Below are positions 36,420 to 50,523 of a DNA stretch of 64,000 bases, piece by piece. The translations under genes were made by a program, and so were the position numbers. The stretch's first letter is position 1; each line of letters opens with the position of its first letter. Location: NCBI GenBank assembly GCA_965287045.1, contig OZ336873.1, positions 105,524,001 to 105,588,000 of the forward strand. Reading direction: 5' to 3'. The stretch comes from Carcharhinus amblyrhynchos. Lineage: Eukaryota. Under the pieces are notes generated by a model. The model was not told where the DNA came from. It was given only the letters and a program-made list of their open reading frames with translations, and did not search any database.

Positions 36420-36750
36420 TGACTATAGAAAGAGGCAATTAGGCTCAACAACTATGACTGATTCTCTGAAGAGCATCTTACTCTCCACCCTATCCTCATA
36501 ACCCTGTCCATTTACAATGGCTAATCCACCTAACCTACACATTCTTTGAACACCTAGGGCAATTTAGGATGACCAAACCATCTAACCTGTACACCTTTGG
36601 TCCGAGGGAGGAAAGCGGAGAAACCAGAGGCAATCCACGCAGATGCAGGGAGAACGTGCAAACTTTGCACACACACACCCAAGTCCAGAATTTAACCTGG
36701 TTACTAATATTGTGAGGCAGCAGTACTAACCATGATGCCACTATGCTGCT
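36420..36750 (-). mobile_element. Diverged V-SINE, tail A-like
   Basis: Reverse head and V-domain (gcagggagaacgtgcaaact...tgtgaggcagcagtactaacc). Confidence 0.75.
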
Positions 36751-37699
36751 CTTCCCTCAATCATTCATGGTTCTTGATATCCCCTATGTGAGCAGCATGG
36801 TAAAACCCAAACCACCATCCACTATCCCCTCCATGCTTTGATATCTCGACTGTTCTTTGACAGCTTTGACAGTTCCAATGAGTTTATGCACTTTTTATGC
36901 AAATTCTTGTCTACTTTAAACAATCACAAAGGGTACCTAATTTTTCTCAAATGGGTACCTTATTTCCCCACAGGGTATTATTCCTCCACCAAAGGGCACC
37001 TGACCTCTCCCAGGACCATTTCCAAAGAAGAGCCTCTCTGCCACAAAAATTCAGGCCTTTATATGGGATAATGCTAACCCCCAGAATGCTGATGTTTTGA
37101 ACTTTGATGATTACAATGTTATTGAATGTTATGAGTGTGCGATTAGACTCATGTTGGCTGGATTTGATTATTGCCTGGCATTTGTGTGGTGTATACGTTA
37201 CAAATCATTTATTAGCTCAATCCTGGGTATTTCTTAGCTCTTTATATAGGTAGGCATGGACTGTTTCATGATCTGAGGATCTGTGAATTGAGGTCAACAC
37301 TGAATAATTATCAGTGCATATTCTGATTTCTGACCTTATGATAGAGGGAATGTGGATATGATCGAGCCTCGTGAGGAATTCCTGCGGTGATGTTTTGGGA
37401 ATATAACGATTTGTGAGTTCTATATTTATGAAAGAATCAAAGGCTTGATGTTACTGTCGTTCACTTTCCTATCCCACTGCAGTGAATGGAGATTTGGCTC
37501 GGCGTCAAGTTCTCCAACTTCGCTGCAGCGGGAGCATGGCATGAATGGTCAGTAAGATTGTGCCCAAAGATGTAAAAACATGCACATTTTATTTTTTTTA
37601 AGTTATTTTAGTTTGTAAGGATCTAGAATACATTAAATATACATTTTAAACTTGCTATCCTCCTCCAAAGTACACAACTAGTTAATTATAAATGGCCTC

Positions 37700-37834
37700 G
37701 GCCAGAATTCTCCAGCCTTTCACATCCCTCCGTCACTGCCAGCGAGGATGGAGAATTTAGCGCTCAGCCAAATCTCCACTCACTGTGGTGGGGCAGAACA
37801 TCCTGCTTGTGTGAACAGCCAAAGAATCCTGCCC
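37700..37834. mobile_element. MITE, same family as 19906, TSD CTC
   Basis: CTC-ggccagaattctcc...aaagaatcctgccc-CTC. Confidence 0.7.
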
Positions 37835-40234
37835 CTCAAATCCGATATTGTTGACAGAGAAAGGGACCGCTTAAAATGTTTAACATATGGTTATGCTGCC
37901 TTTAAAATGCACAAGTGGAAAATAAATTCCTGTTTCTAACCAATAAAATTAAGATAGTATTCAACAAGATCTAATAACCACTGAGTTTCAGCAGCATATC
38001 TGATAAGCTCATCCAGACAATTTAACTAACCAGCTATGTTGACACAATATTCCTTTGGGTGGGCAAGATCTACTGAACATTTCTCAAACATGATTTGGAA
38101 TCCAACAACACTCACTATAAAACCTGAATGAAAATGTTAGAACAGAGGAGGACCAAGTCCAAGGGCATAGAAGGAGTTCTCAGAGGAGAGGAGAAAGGTA
38201 ACCATGTAGTGGATTATCTAGAATGCTCCAAAACATGGTGCTAAAATTGCTGAAGTTTCAGTGTGGAGTGAGGTTGAAGCGGGGGGAATATACTAATCGG
38301 GGGAGCAATGTAATTATGCAAATGCTGGAAAAGATTGTAGAAGTAGGAAGTGCAAATGTATGAAGAGGCTCAAAGGAAATATTCATATGCATGGAATCTT
38401 GCTAAAATAGAGTGGAGAAGAAAATCGGGTGGTCTGTAAAACAAGCTACACATTCACTATAATTGATTTTGCACTGCTGCCTTAAGTCTAGTTTTACATT
38501 TCAGACAGAATTTTCTGGTCTTTCTCGTCGACGGCCAAAGGCCACCCTACCACCTGCACCACCACCCCAACCCCCGATTGCTGGGTTCCTGGTGGTGTGT
38601 TGGGTGAGCCATGCAAAACACCTGTAAATATTAATGGGACTGGATGTTTCCACCGGCGACCAATGGCAAATTGCCTCTGCTGCTGGAAAAGTTACTGTGG
38701 GGGGAGGAGGATGTGGTCGCAGAAACTCCTGCCACCTGTATACCTTCAAAATGTCTCACTGCAACTAAATGCTTCTGTGAGGATGTGGAAAAACTCTTGT
38801 TGTAAGAAGAGATTGCAGTCTCTCACTGAAGCATTTCCTTGATGGATCTGTATGGTGATACAGCAAGTGGCTTTGTGTTCTTTGACAATTTCTTTGTCCT
38901 TTTGCCCATTTGCTGTCTTTCTCCCCTGCAACCTAGCTAAGTTGCTGGTTCCTTGGTGTTTAAGGTGTCTTGTCAAAGTGGCTGTTATTCATTTGTGATC
39001 AGCATTTATCAAATTGTGTCTGTATTGGATCAGAAAACCAACTCTGATCCTGCCTTGCCCAAATATCGATTCCAAATCCACTTCCTGCACATGGATAACA
39101 TTGTGTTTCAGGATCTCTGAACAATTTATATATATGTCCCTTCCCCAGGACTCTGAGGTCAATTTTAGAGCTCGTGCAGCTGCCCAGTTGAATTTAGAGA
39201 GCTCCATACATTCTGGAGGTCCAAAGAAGTCCCCCTGGTGTAAACAGTACAATTCCTTCTTGGATAAACTGACAACCATTGGGGGAGCTCTTAATTGCTT
39301 TCTAAAGAGATTACAATGAATAAGTACTGTAGGTCATCTGGAAGCTGCTCATAATTTAGTCTGTGTGCCAGACTTAAGAGAATCTTCTAGGTTTGTGTTT
39401 TATGGAGCAGATGGCACAATGTTGGCAAGTAGACTAAAGTGAGATAATGTGAAAAGAACAGCCGATTATAATCAATGCCATTTATTTCGCTTCTTGGCGT
39501 CCTAAGTGCTACTGCAGGATTAAGAGATTTTGATGGATATTCATGAAGGACATGGAAATGCCTTTTTGCTTCCTCCCACCCCAGCATGATTTGCTGACGG
39601 ACTGTGCAAAAAAAAAAGCCAACAACTGGAATTGAAACCAGTTGAAAATTGAAACAGTTTGCAGTTTAAAAAAAATAATTTCAGTCGGTGAAAACATTTT
39701 GCAATAAATATGGATTTAAGATACTGTTTATAAAGGTCAGACACTGGCAGTTTAAATGGCGTGGATCTCAAAAGTTCTGTCTTATTGCAGATCTTATTGG
39801 TCCTGGAGCATTGCCAGATCTCTCCGGATGTTTGTAGATTTGCCTACAGACTATTTAAGTATGCTGAAATACTCTTGCCGTGCCTGTCTGTTATCTTCTG
39901 GGCAGCAGCTATGCTCGAGTGACTGTCAAAAGAATTGTCAGTTTTGTGCACCCCTTTTCCTTACTGACCTACTGTGGCTGTTATATGTGCACAGAATGCA
40001 GATCATTTTAAAAATCTTAAAGCCTTTGAGCATCATCCAGATCCAAATTTCAGCGAAGAGGTTGAGAATTTGGAATGACAAAGCAAATAGAACAAGATGA
40101 AAAGAGGGATTCTGAAGTGAGAATTACATTCTTTAGTGCTTACAGTGTTTAATTAGCCCTTAAAATGTTTTGAATTTTTTTTTAATTGCCTATCTATTGT
40201 AATAAAGCCGTTCCTGATATTTAAGAAGATTAAT

Positions 40235-40838
40235 TAGAATCATAGAATCCCTGTAGTGTAGAAGGAGGCCATTTGGCCCATCAAATCTGCACCAACAATA
40301 ATTCCGCCTAGCCCCTATTTCCGTAACCCCATGTATCTACCCTGCTAATCCTCCTGACACTAAGGAACAATTTAGTATGGCCAATCCAGCTAACTGACAC
40401 ATCTTTGGACTGTGAGAGGAAATAACTCGGGGTCAAAGCCACAATTCCACATCAATTACTCGGGGGGCATAGGTTCAAAGTGAGAGGGGGAAAGTTTGAA
40501 AGAAATATAAGGGATAAGCCTTTTAAATAGCATGGTGGTGAATGCCTGGAACGTGCTGTCGGAGGAGACGATGGAAGCAAATTCTGTAACAACATTCAAG
40601 AGGCATGTGGATAGATACATGAATAGGCAGGGAATAGAGGGATATGGACCATGTAGAGGCAAAAGAAAATTAGATCTTGAGAGGCTTGGTGGGCCAAAGG
40701 GTCTGTTCCTGTTCTTTGTTCTTAAACCAGACCCGGGGAGAATGTGTGAATTCCACACAGACTCGCAAAGCTGGAATTGAACCCAGCGCCCTGGCGCTGT
40801 GAGGCAGCAGTGCTAACCACTGTGCCACCATGCTGCCC
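40235..40838 (-). mobile_element. V-SINE (tail A) interrupted by a plus-strand CR1 3' fragment (~40455-40725)
   Basis: Insert encodes VVNAWNVLSEETMEANSVTTFKRHVDRYM (CR1 ORF2 end); SINE halves flank it. Confidence 0.8.
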
Positions 40839-41612
40839 AAAACTGTTATAAAATTGGGACTTGTTGCACCATCATAGCACTTGTCTTAAAAATTTTTATT
40901 AAAAAAGGTCAGGCCAAGAAGCATGGAATTTTCTGAACCACTGAGGCAAGATTTTCCAAACTCATTTCATGCCAAACTCACCAGAGGACTATTAATCTTT
41001 CATCCTGCCCAACTGGGCTAGATTTTAAGCCAGGTTTGAGAGCTAATGGATTGTGTGGGAAACCATTGCAGAGAAACTGTCTTAAAAAGTGCACATATCA
41101 CAGGAATAGGAAGCCTTCCTTTTGGGAACCTTCACTGAAATGTGAGGATAGCCTCATCAACATTAGTAGATAATTTCCACATCTATCAATGGAAAATTGT
41201 TAGTATTAGAAGCAAAAGTGTCTTTGTATTCTCTGCAGGCATCTTAAAATGTGCAATACCAGAGTCAATCCCCATTATCAGAATTCTCTTATTGGTTTTT
41301 CCAAATAAATACGAGAATTTGCAAATTGGGGAACCAATGCAGGTCTGCTTCATTTATCTTGTCATCAATGTGGTGTACAGTGTCAGATGTTTAACTGACT
41401 TTGTGAAGGAGACATGCACAGGGCCTCAGGCATTCAATCACCTAAATTAGAAGAACATTTAATCATTATTATAATCTTAGTAAAAAGTTAGACAACCAAA
41501 GTTTTACATTTGTTCAAAGAACCTTCAAAAACCAAAACAAATTATGAGAGTTGCAGTGGAGTTTGTCACCTTCACTACTTTGGCTATTTCTTGAATTAGT
41601 GGATAACTCTCT

Positions 41613-41739
41613 GGCTTGGATTCTCCTAATCTTGTTTGACCTGCCAGCAAGAATGGAGAATTTTCTGCTCAGCAAAACTCCATTCACTGCACCAGGGCCA
41701 AAGAATCCCAGCTATGGGCGAGGTTGGAGAATTCCAGCC
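41613..41739. mobile_element. MITE, same family, TSD TCT
   Basis: TCT-ggcttggattctcc...ggagaattccagcc-TCT; TIRs match 12/14. Confidence 0.8.
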
Positions 41740-42860
41740 TCTTTCTTTAAATATTCCAATTTCATTCAATATTTCATTGTGGTCTTAACCTTTTTTTTGT
41801 TTATAACCCTTGATGCCCTTGTCAATCAAAAATCTAATTCAGCACCCCCCTCACCCCTCCAAACCACCACCGATGGGGAGGAGATGGGGGAAGAGGGGGT
41901 TGAGGGGGTGTGGTCACCTTTTGTGGGACTGGAAGATTCCATCAGTGGGAAAGGCTGGAAAATCTTGCTCTACGAATCTACTTCAACTCTCTTGCTAACT
42001 TCTTTTTGGTGTAAATTTTGCCAAAGCGATGGTCATTTTCAGTCTCAAACTCAGAAGAATTTTTATTGTCATTCTAGTCTTTCAATGACGACGATCCCAT
42101 TTGTGATGGCTCTTAGTCGCAAGCCAACCAGCTTTCAAATTAGAATTTTGTTCTGGTTTGATTGGATCTGACCGAGCAAAGCAAACAAGAAGGGCAGTGC
42201 AAAACTTTGTAATTGCTGAGATAATCAATGGTACATGTGAAAACTAGCCTGGGTATCAGGTGGGATGTGAAGTACAACCGCAAACTCAGCCTTTATAGGA
42301 TTTAGATCAACCTAATTAAATCCAGTTTTTAGCCTCGCCTGACTGAGCAGGTTTGGGACTTCAGGGACTATCTTTTCAGGAGCAATACCATACCCAGTAT
42401 TACTGCTTACGAAAGGCAGAATCTCAGACTATTATAAGCTGCCATGTATGTTTCCAGCAAAGCTCCTTGAAGTAGCAATCTTAGGTTTTGTTTTAAATGT
42501 ATAATAGTTAGAATCGTTAGAATTCTGTTTTCATACTCAGGACATTTTTACTCATTCAGGTTGAATACTCATTGATATGTGACTAGATCCTTAGACACAA
42601 TTATAATGAGCTGTTAGTCGGTCTGAATTCTACTCTGGGTGATGGAAGCCTGCTGTCAAAGGGAAAAGTGGGTCTGAAGCCTGCACTAGCCAATGCCTGA
42701 TTTTACAATAGACGGCCTCCCAACCAGAGGACTGCTTGCTGTCAAGCCTCAGCAATCCCACAACCTATTCTTACTCTTCCACTGAAGGTGTAGAGTACTC
42801 TGGCATGTACATAGCCATACATTATAAGGTGGATCAGGGAACAAGTGGGAGTACATGCGG

Positions 42861-43200
42861 TTAGAATCATCGAAACACAGAATCCCTATATTGCAGAGGG
42901 CGGCCATTCGGCACATTGGCCGGCACAGATAACAGTCCCACCCAGCCCCATCTCCTCTTGCCCATGTATTTACCCTGCTAGTCCCCCTGACTCTGAGGGA
43001 CAATTTAGCATGGCCAATCTACCTAACCCACACACCTTTTGGAATGTGGGAGGGAACTGGAGCACCCAGAGGAAACCCACTCTGACATGGGGAGTACATG
43101 CAAACTCTGCAGAGACAGTCACCTAAGCTGGGAATTGAACCTGGGTCCCTGGCACAGGTGAGGCAGCACTGCTAACCACTGTGACACCATGCTGCACCAC
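42861..43200 (-). mobile_element. V-SINE, tail A
   Basis: Full reverse copy. Confidence 0.85.
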
Positions 43201-43409
43201 CATGTCTGCTCAGACACAGCACTGGCAGACCCAAGGGAGGAGATTTAGAGAGGAGGCATATTTTGTAATTGCAGTGAGGGAGGAGTAAGACAACCTCACC
43301 CTCAAGTATCTCTCTCTCCTGCTGTTGTGCCTAGTCTCTTCTTCTTGAGTTCACTTTCCCTGGTACCATGATTTTTGACTACAGATAGGGCCAGGAGGCA
43401 GGTGTCGAG

Positions 43410-43545
43410 AAAGAAAGACGTGCTGGTTAGGGTGCATTGACCTGAACAGGCGCCAGACCATGGTGACTGGCGGAATTTCACAGTAACTTCATTGCAGTGT
43501 TAATGTAAGCCTTACTTGTGACTAATAAATAAACTTTTAAACTTT
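43410..43545 (+). mobile_element. 5'-truncated V-SINE, tail B (short form)
   Basis: gtgctggttagggtgcattgacctgaacagg...gactaataaataaac. Confidence 0.8.
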
Positions 43546-45169
43546 ATTTTTTTTCCTTCCACAGAGGAGAAACAGGAGCATGTGACTCAACACTCCTTTT
43601 CTCCCTAAGACTCTGATAAAGATACCCAATAAGGTGGGGTAGTACAGCCCTTATTTTTTTTAGGTGAGAATTTCCAGAATAAATGTTTTTAGAGTTTACA
43701 AGGCATCCCAGAATGCTTTCCGTTGTGCTTCAGAATTCCACTTAAAGCTTGCGGCAACAAGTGGAAAGTGAAATTTGATATATCTTTAAGTGACAGTCAA
43801 TCCTCAGCAATCACTTGTTTCCTTCTGTTCAGCTGGTCACTGTTGGGAAAGGTTATTAACTGAAGTGTTTGTCACCAAAATGGTGTGAAGCCACTTTAAT
43901 GGGTGTTAGCAGCCAATTTAGTTGTCAGTCAACCCCTTAATAATCCACTGACTTCAACTCCTTCAAGATGGCATCTGGACCTAAACATGGCTAAACCAGC
44001 ATTGCAGTTCATGATGGCTTCTTGGCCACCTCTTTGGAGCCTGAAATATTCAGTCAGAATAACTGTTATAGTGTTTCTCCAAAGCAAAGAATATGGTTAT
44101 GAAGTAAAATCACTCTGGTATCTGTCATGGGTCATGTGGGAGAATTGTAGAACGTGCAGCAAAGGAGGAGGCCATCTGGCCCATCATGGCCTTTGCTAGC
44201 TCTTTGAAAGAGCTTTCCAATTGGTCCCACTCCCCTCCCTTTTTCTGTAGCCTAGCAAATGCCTTTTTCAAGTTGTTAGCCAAATTCCTTTTGAAAGTTA
44301 TTATTGACGATGCTTCCACCCCTCTTTAGTGAGGCGATGGCATGTGATATTGTTGACTGAACTAGTAATCCAAGGTAAATGTGAGGACCTGGGTTTGAAT
44401 CCCAACATAGTAGATGGTGAAATTTGGATTCAGTTAAATAAAATAGAATTAGAAGCATAATGATGACTATAAAACCATTATCGATTGTTGTAAAAATCCA
44501 TTTTGTCCTTTTGGAAAGGAATCTGCCACCCTTGTCTGGTCTACACATGATTCTAGATCACCCAGCAATGTGGTTGACTCTTAAAGGGACTAGAAAGTCA
44601 ACTGAAGGGCAATTAGGGATGCACATATCCCATGAAATAAAAAATAACATCACAATGACTGTGTTATTCATTTTTTTACATGCCACCTTCTAGTTCTTTT
44701 GAAAATTAGACTATATCTGCGTCGTCTCATTATTGACTCTTCCACCACAGAATGAGAGCTCTAGGATAGTGTTTCCCAAACCTTTCGAGCTGTGGAACCC
44801 CTAGTGACCTCCCAAGAGCATCAGAGAACCCAAGCGTTCTCATAATTTTTTGCCGTGAAATGGGTGTGAATGCATCAATGAAACGTAAACACGTCTTTTC
44901 TAGCTCTGTCTATGCACTCCTTTGGAATGAGGAAGAGGCACACGTTCACAAGTATATTCACTAGCTACATGGACCCTCATATTAAACCTTGGGCAAGCCA
45001 CTCACTCATTGTCCCTTAACCTTAACTCCTGGAAGTGCAGCCCAGTTTAGAAGTGTGTAATTTAATAGTAATTAAAATGTTCTCTTATTTAAAAAATACT
45101 TTAATCTTTTGTCATTTTTATTGGGAGGAATGTTGCAGCAAAGCTGATTCTCATATTGGACACCTCATA

Positions 45170-45640
45170 TGCACCTCACATACGCACACGCACACACAAG
45201 CTCATCTCACTCCCTCATACAGGCAGGTCTTGCTCCCCTCACACACACGCACACTCACATCTCTCTCTCACATCCACACATACTCAAATTGCCCCCTCAG
45301 ACACACACTCATGTCTCTCTACTGCATTCACACACATGCACACCACCCACATGCTCACTCCTCTCTCTCTCTCTCACATACACATTCACCTCCCTCCCTC
45401 TCTTTCTCTCACACACTCACCCCACACTCTCTCATACAGCTCCCCCCCATACACACTCATCCTTTTCTCTCTCTCACACACACATTCACCTCCATCTCTC
45501 ACACACACAGTCACCCCCTCTCACACATGTGTCTCTGAGACCTGAACCCCACTACCCCCACCCACCTAGCCACGCTCTCATACAAGCCTGAACTGCACCC
45601 CCACCCCACCTCGTGCCTCTGAGTGCTTGCACCACTTATC
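45170..45640. repeat. (CA)/(CT)-rich low-complexity repeat
   Basis: Interleaved CA and CT runs, G-poor on the + strand. A hAT-like terminus agtgtttcccaaacc lies upstream at ~44768. Confidence 0.85.
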
Positions 45641-46659
45641 ACAACCTCTTTTGCCACTCATTCTCAGGAATAATCCCTGCTGTTGTCATAACTGGGGCTT
45701 TGCTGCCCAGCAACCGTGAGATGGAATAAATCAAATAGGCCAATCAGAGAAAACCTTCACCAATTACTAGATGCTGATTGACTGATGGCTTGTTCCTTTT
45801 GAATGGGCATTTGCCAGTAATGTGGCAGCCACCAGCTCTGCGAATCGCATGGAGACCCTACACAGACTCCCGAGGATACCCATGTTCTTGGAAATAAATC
45901 TTCTTATATCCTGAACTATACTCCAACCACTCCTCAAGTTCAGAGGGCGAGATCAAGTTTGACCATTGAAACACTTCCTGCACATGTTATCCAGGAAATA
46001 TAAAACATCCTCGAGGTCCCACATGGTGGAAAAATTGTAGAAAATGCGTCTCAGCATTTCATCATCCTACTTTAAAATCTATCTACATATTTACATATTC
46101 CCTTACTCCAACTTGCTATTTAATTAATTCATGCTGCATACCAGATTTTTATTTAATGCAATTCAGATGCTTTTAATGTTGGCATCGTCTACTTTGTAAA
46201 TTTAAATTTCATCCTCTTAGATCGAATTAATTACTCTTGATTATTTAGATATTTACTTTCACTCCTTGATTTAAATTACTTAGCACCTCCTTCTCCAAAT
46301 CCCACTCTCACCAAATTCTCAGCACCACTACATTCAGCAGATTAACCCAACACTGTCTTCGCTAAACTCTCAGATCAGCTTTTTAATGGATGTCCTCAAC
46401 GTTCAAAACCAGAGCATTAAAAGATACACAGCTAACTCCAAATCGTGGGGTAGTTCAAAAAAGCAAAAGGGTTCAGCACCATAGTAGCTCTCAAAATAAT
46501 GATCATTTTCGAGCGTCTCAACACACCATGCATCAACTCATCCACCTGCCATTAAAAAGAGCATTTGAAACTTAAGACTTTCTGCCAACCAAAACCGGTT
46601 GGAGCCCCGAAACAGCAATAAAAGCTTGGGCCAAAATCTTACATTTCCCTCCAGGCAGG

Positions 46660-46786
46660 GGGCAGAAATTTCCCTTCCCATCCACCATGGGAATTGTAGC
46701 AGGCAGGACACAGATCACGCATAGGCCTATTGAACTTGGACAGGATTTTCTGGATTTGGGCCAAGCAAGGCTGGAAAATCCTGCCC
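46660..46786. mobile_element. MITE-like element with related TIRs
   Basis: gggcagaaatttcc...ggaaaatcctgccc; TSD not clean. Confidence 0.6.
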
Positions 46787-46924
46787 CGGGGGAGTGGAAA
46801 ATTGCATGGAAGGAATCCTTCCAGGAGAAAAGGGAAGTTGCTGACAAATGTAGGGTTGCAGTTTAGAAAAATTGTCTCTCTGCATTGTTATTATGTCACT
46901 TTAGTATCCTTTGTACAAGTGTAG

Positions 46925-47190
46925 GAGTGGCATGGTGGCACTGTGGTTAGACAGGGACCTGGGTTCAATTCCTGATGGGTCACTGTCTCTGTAGAGTTTG
47001 CACGTTCTCCCTGTGTCAGTGTGGGTTATCTCCAGGTGCTCCAGTTTCCTCCCATAGTCTGAAAGCAGTGCTGGTTCGGTGCATTGACCCAAACAGGTGC
47101 CAGAATGCAGTGATTGAGGGAGTTCCACAGCAACTTCATTGCAGTGTTAGTGTAAGCCTTACTTGTGACTAATAAATAAACTTAAAAAAA
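46925..47190 (+). mobile_element. V-SINE, tail B (short form)
   Basis: gcattg|acccaaacagg junction followed by tail B. Confidence 0.85.
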
Positions 47191-49411
47191 ATCTGTATTT
47201 GTTACTGTAACTGAGAATTTGCTATTGATGAAAATCAGTAGGCAAACATTTAACAAGTTAATTTAACACTCTTGTCTCCATCAGAGGGCATATAGCGAAG
47301 ACATTGATCCATTTCATACCAGACTCACAGACCAACCATTAGCCTTTTGCCAAGATAACTGAGGCTGCATGCCATCTGTGGAATTACACTCTAGGAAGGA
47401 ATCAATGGCTTTTGGGAAGAAGCGACCTGCTTTGGATTTGCACTGTTTGTCACAGTTGCGTCATATTCCCGGAAAGCTCATTGGGAGATGGCACTTTTAA
47501 AAAGCAGTGTGGAGCATAGTCACTGTAGCTTCACTGGACACCAGGGAGTCCGGTGATGTATTTTGTGATTTACAGACACATCTGACCATATTTCTGCAAA
47601 GCTAGTTAAAATGCAAATGGCTTTCCCAGGTGCTGATTGATAAACCCATCCCATTTCAAAGGGAGAGATTTAAAATGATAATGAGTTCTCTGCCATAAAA
47701 TTGGGATTCCAAATAAAGACATTAAAGATATAAGGTGTAGGAGGCCATTTGGCTGATCGAGTCTACATCACCATTCAATGAGATCATGACTAATTTCAGA
47801 GATTAAACATTGCTGGAATGTTTACGAGATAGCAAACAATCTCCATTGCATGGTGTCAACCCCATTGTGCGGACAATGGAAAAAATCAATACTGGTGTCA
47901 CACCACAGAATCTACACTTGTGATATGAATTACTTGGAAATACCAATCGGTCAATCTGGGATACGCAGACTAGAAGGGAACCAATTATCACTCAGCACAA
48001 GGGAGAGCCCTACTTCAAAAATCATCTTAGGCAGAGAATTGGGACTTGGTAGTCCTAACTGCCAGAGTGTAATTTTTCACTGCAGCAGAACAAATGATTT
48101 AAACTGGAAAGCCAGAAGCTTGCTGTCGTTTGGGGTGATCCGGTGTGGATCCATTATCAAAAACTCAGAACTTCACTTTCTTCACTGCAGCAAGAGGAAA
48201 CTCTTCATCTTGCAGACTGATTAGATGTTTTACCCTTTATGAGATTCAGACATTTATCCTTTCTTCTGATTTAAACTTAAAAGAAAGTCTGCTTGTGCCT
48301 GTTCTTCAAAGCCACAGCATTCAAGAGGTTAAACACTCTTTCTTTAAAGTATATCTGATGAAAGGTGGAATAAGAGGAAAGTTATCCCACATCATTCAAC
48401 CCTGTCTGTAACATAGCAATGAAAAAAGAAGTAGCAGAGGAAGGTTGAACTTCAAAGCAACAACTAGATGCCCAGTGGCTCTCTACATTGATATACCAAT
48501 ATAGTATGCCATTGAATTATAGCACTTGAGCTTAATTATTGATTATGGTGGGTGAATTATAAGTCTTAGCAAACCCATATGGAGAAGCAGCAGGTTATAT
48601 TGCTTCTCTGCAAGATAAAAAGATAAATCATTGGGTTAATCAATGCAGTTCATTCTTACATCTTCTGCTGACCAACTGCACACCAACCTTCACAGAGCTA
48701 TTACAGCAGATTGCTTATTTTCACACCTAATTGTTGAGGATGGCAATGGGATCCAAATTAAAACAAAATTAATAAAATGGGAATATGAAAAGGAACAATG
48801 CATGAAATATTAAGTGGGTATGGAAAACTTTGCAGCTAATTAAACTTTGCATTATGCAGATTAAGATTATACATGTCTGAACATTGCAATTAATTTAATA
48901 TGAGATATTAGTTTTCATATATCACTTCAAGTGCTGTTCCTTTTCTCCCCTCACTATCTAAATTACATGACAGTAATTCCACTAATTAAAATAGGTGGGC
49001 TGGGATTTCCACTTAAAGAAAGAGATCCAACCTTAAGGGGAGTTTAGGCAGGAAGAACAATTATGATCATAGTTTAAAAGTATTGCTGTGAGTGTCCCAC
49101 TGGCCCAACTGATTAAGGCAGTGAATGACTGCACCACATGTACCAGGAAAGTCCCAAGTTGATACACTCAATGCTAAGTTATCTTATTTCAGTCTGGCCA
49201 AAATTAAGTGCCTTCCCTGGATTAGGGAGAACAAACTTGGCTGGGCTGGTGCGGTGGAGGCTGCGGGTTACCACTATTCAATACCCATTACCCTGGCTAT
49301 GTTTATTGGTGTGTTTGTTGAGAGGAGAACTAAATTAGTGGGATTTCCCTTATGCCTGTGATTGAACAGATTACTGACTCTCGTCGCAATCTTTGCATTA
49401 TGTAGATTAAA

Positions 49412-49735
49412 TGGGTGGCATGGTAGCACAGTGGTTAGCACTGCTGTCTCATGGCACCAGGGGCCCATGTTCAATTCCCAGCTTGAGTCACTGTCTGTGT
49501 GCACGTTCCACCGCCCCCCACCTCTCCACCGTGTCTGCATGGGTTTCCTCCAGATGCTTTGGTTTCCTTCTACAGTCCGAAAGACACGCTGGTTAGGTGC
49601 ATTGACCATGCTAAATTCTCCCTCCGTGAGCCCAAACAGGCAGTGGTAAGTGGGGACTAGTGGATTTTCCACAGTAACTTCATTGCAGTGTTAATGTAAA
49701 CCTAACTGTGACACAATAAAATAAATTTTAAAAAA
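49412..49735 (+). mobile_element. V-SINE, tail B (long form)
   Basis: Head, V-domain and tail B all present. Confidence 0.85.
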
Positions 49736-50235
49736 ATTTGCTGCAGGTTTTTCTGAAAACAGGGTAAAAACAAGCTGAGCCACTCGCTGCCCCGTAAAAA
49801 AATTTCACTGTCTGCTAACACGATTCTCCCATGCCCCGTTGACCAACACTTGAACTTGTTTCACCCACAAACCTTTAACATTCACTTCAACTCCACTCTG
49901 GTGGAGATTCAGACTACCTCCCAATTCTCTCGCAGATTGGTGAGCTGTCTGCCTGAGTTCTTTTAATACTGGGAGCTGATGAGTTATTACAGTGAAACCC
50001 ATTCATCAAAAGGCTTCAGGCCTCTCGTTTGTGCTAGATTGATTCAACAGTGTAAACAAGGGCAGGCAGTTCATGGATGAAATCAGGACACTATCTGTGT
50101 AAAATACGTAAAGAAAGTTCAGACAATATGGGAGGAAACAGATGTGCTGATTGGTTATTGAGTCACTCACTATCAGCTGAAAAAATACACTTTATTTCCG
50201 CTCTTTATTCTTATCCATCTTCTGGATTAATCTGA

Positions 50236-50523
50236 GTTTAAAGTTTATTTCTTCGCGTCACAAGTAGGCTTACATTAACACTGCAAGGAAGTTACTGTGA
50301 AAATCCCCTAGTCGCCTGCTTGGGTACAGTGAGGGAGAATTTAGCATGGCCAATGCACCTAACTAGCAGACTTTCAGACTGTGGGAGGAAACTGGAGCAC
50401 CCATAGGAAACTCTCGCAGATATGGGGAGAAGGTGCAGATCCGCACAGACAGTGACCCAAGCCAGAAATCGCACCCAGGTATTGTGAGGCAGCAGTGCTA
50501 ACCACTGTGCCATCGTGCTGCCC
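50236..50523 (-). mobile_element. V-SINE, tail B (long form)
   Basis: Reverse copy. Confidence 0.85.

Noticed and set aside
41551-42171. 206-aa plus-strand ORF
   Set aside because: TTG start, runs through a MITE, no recognisable domain.
43565-43633. Possible 69-bp cassette exon (acceptor after the SINE tail, donor AAG|GTGGGG)
   Set aside because: Stop at codon 7 in phase 0, weak donor, no protocadherin similarity; no support without RNA data.
45035-45591. His/Thr/Ser/Leu-rich ORFs in three frames
   Set aside because: Translation of the CA/CT low-complexity repeat.
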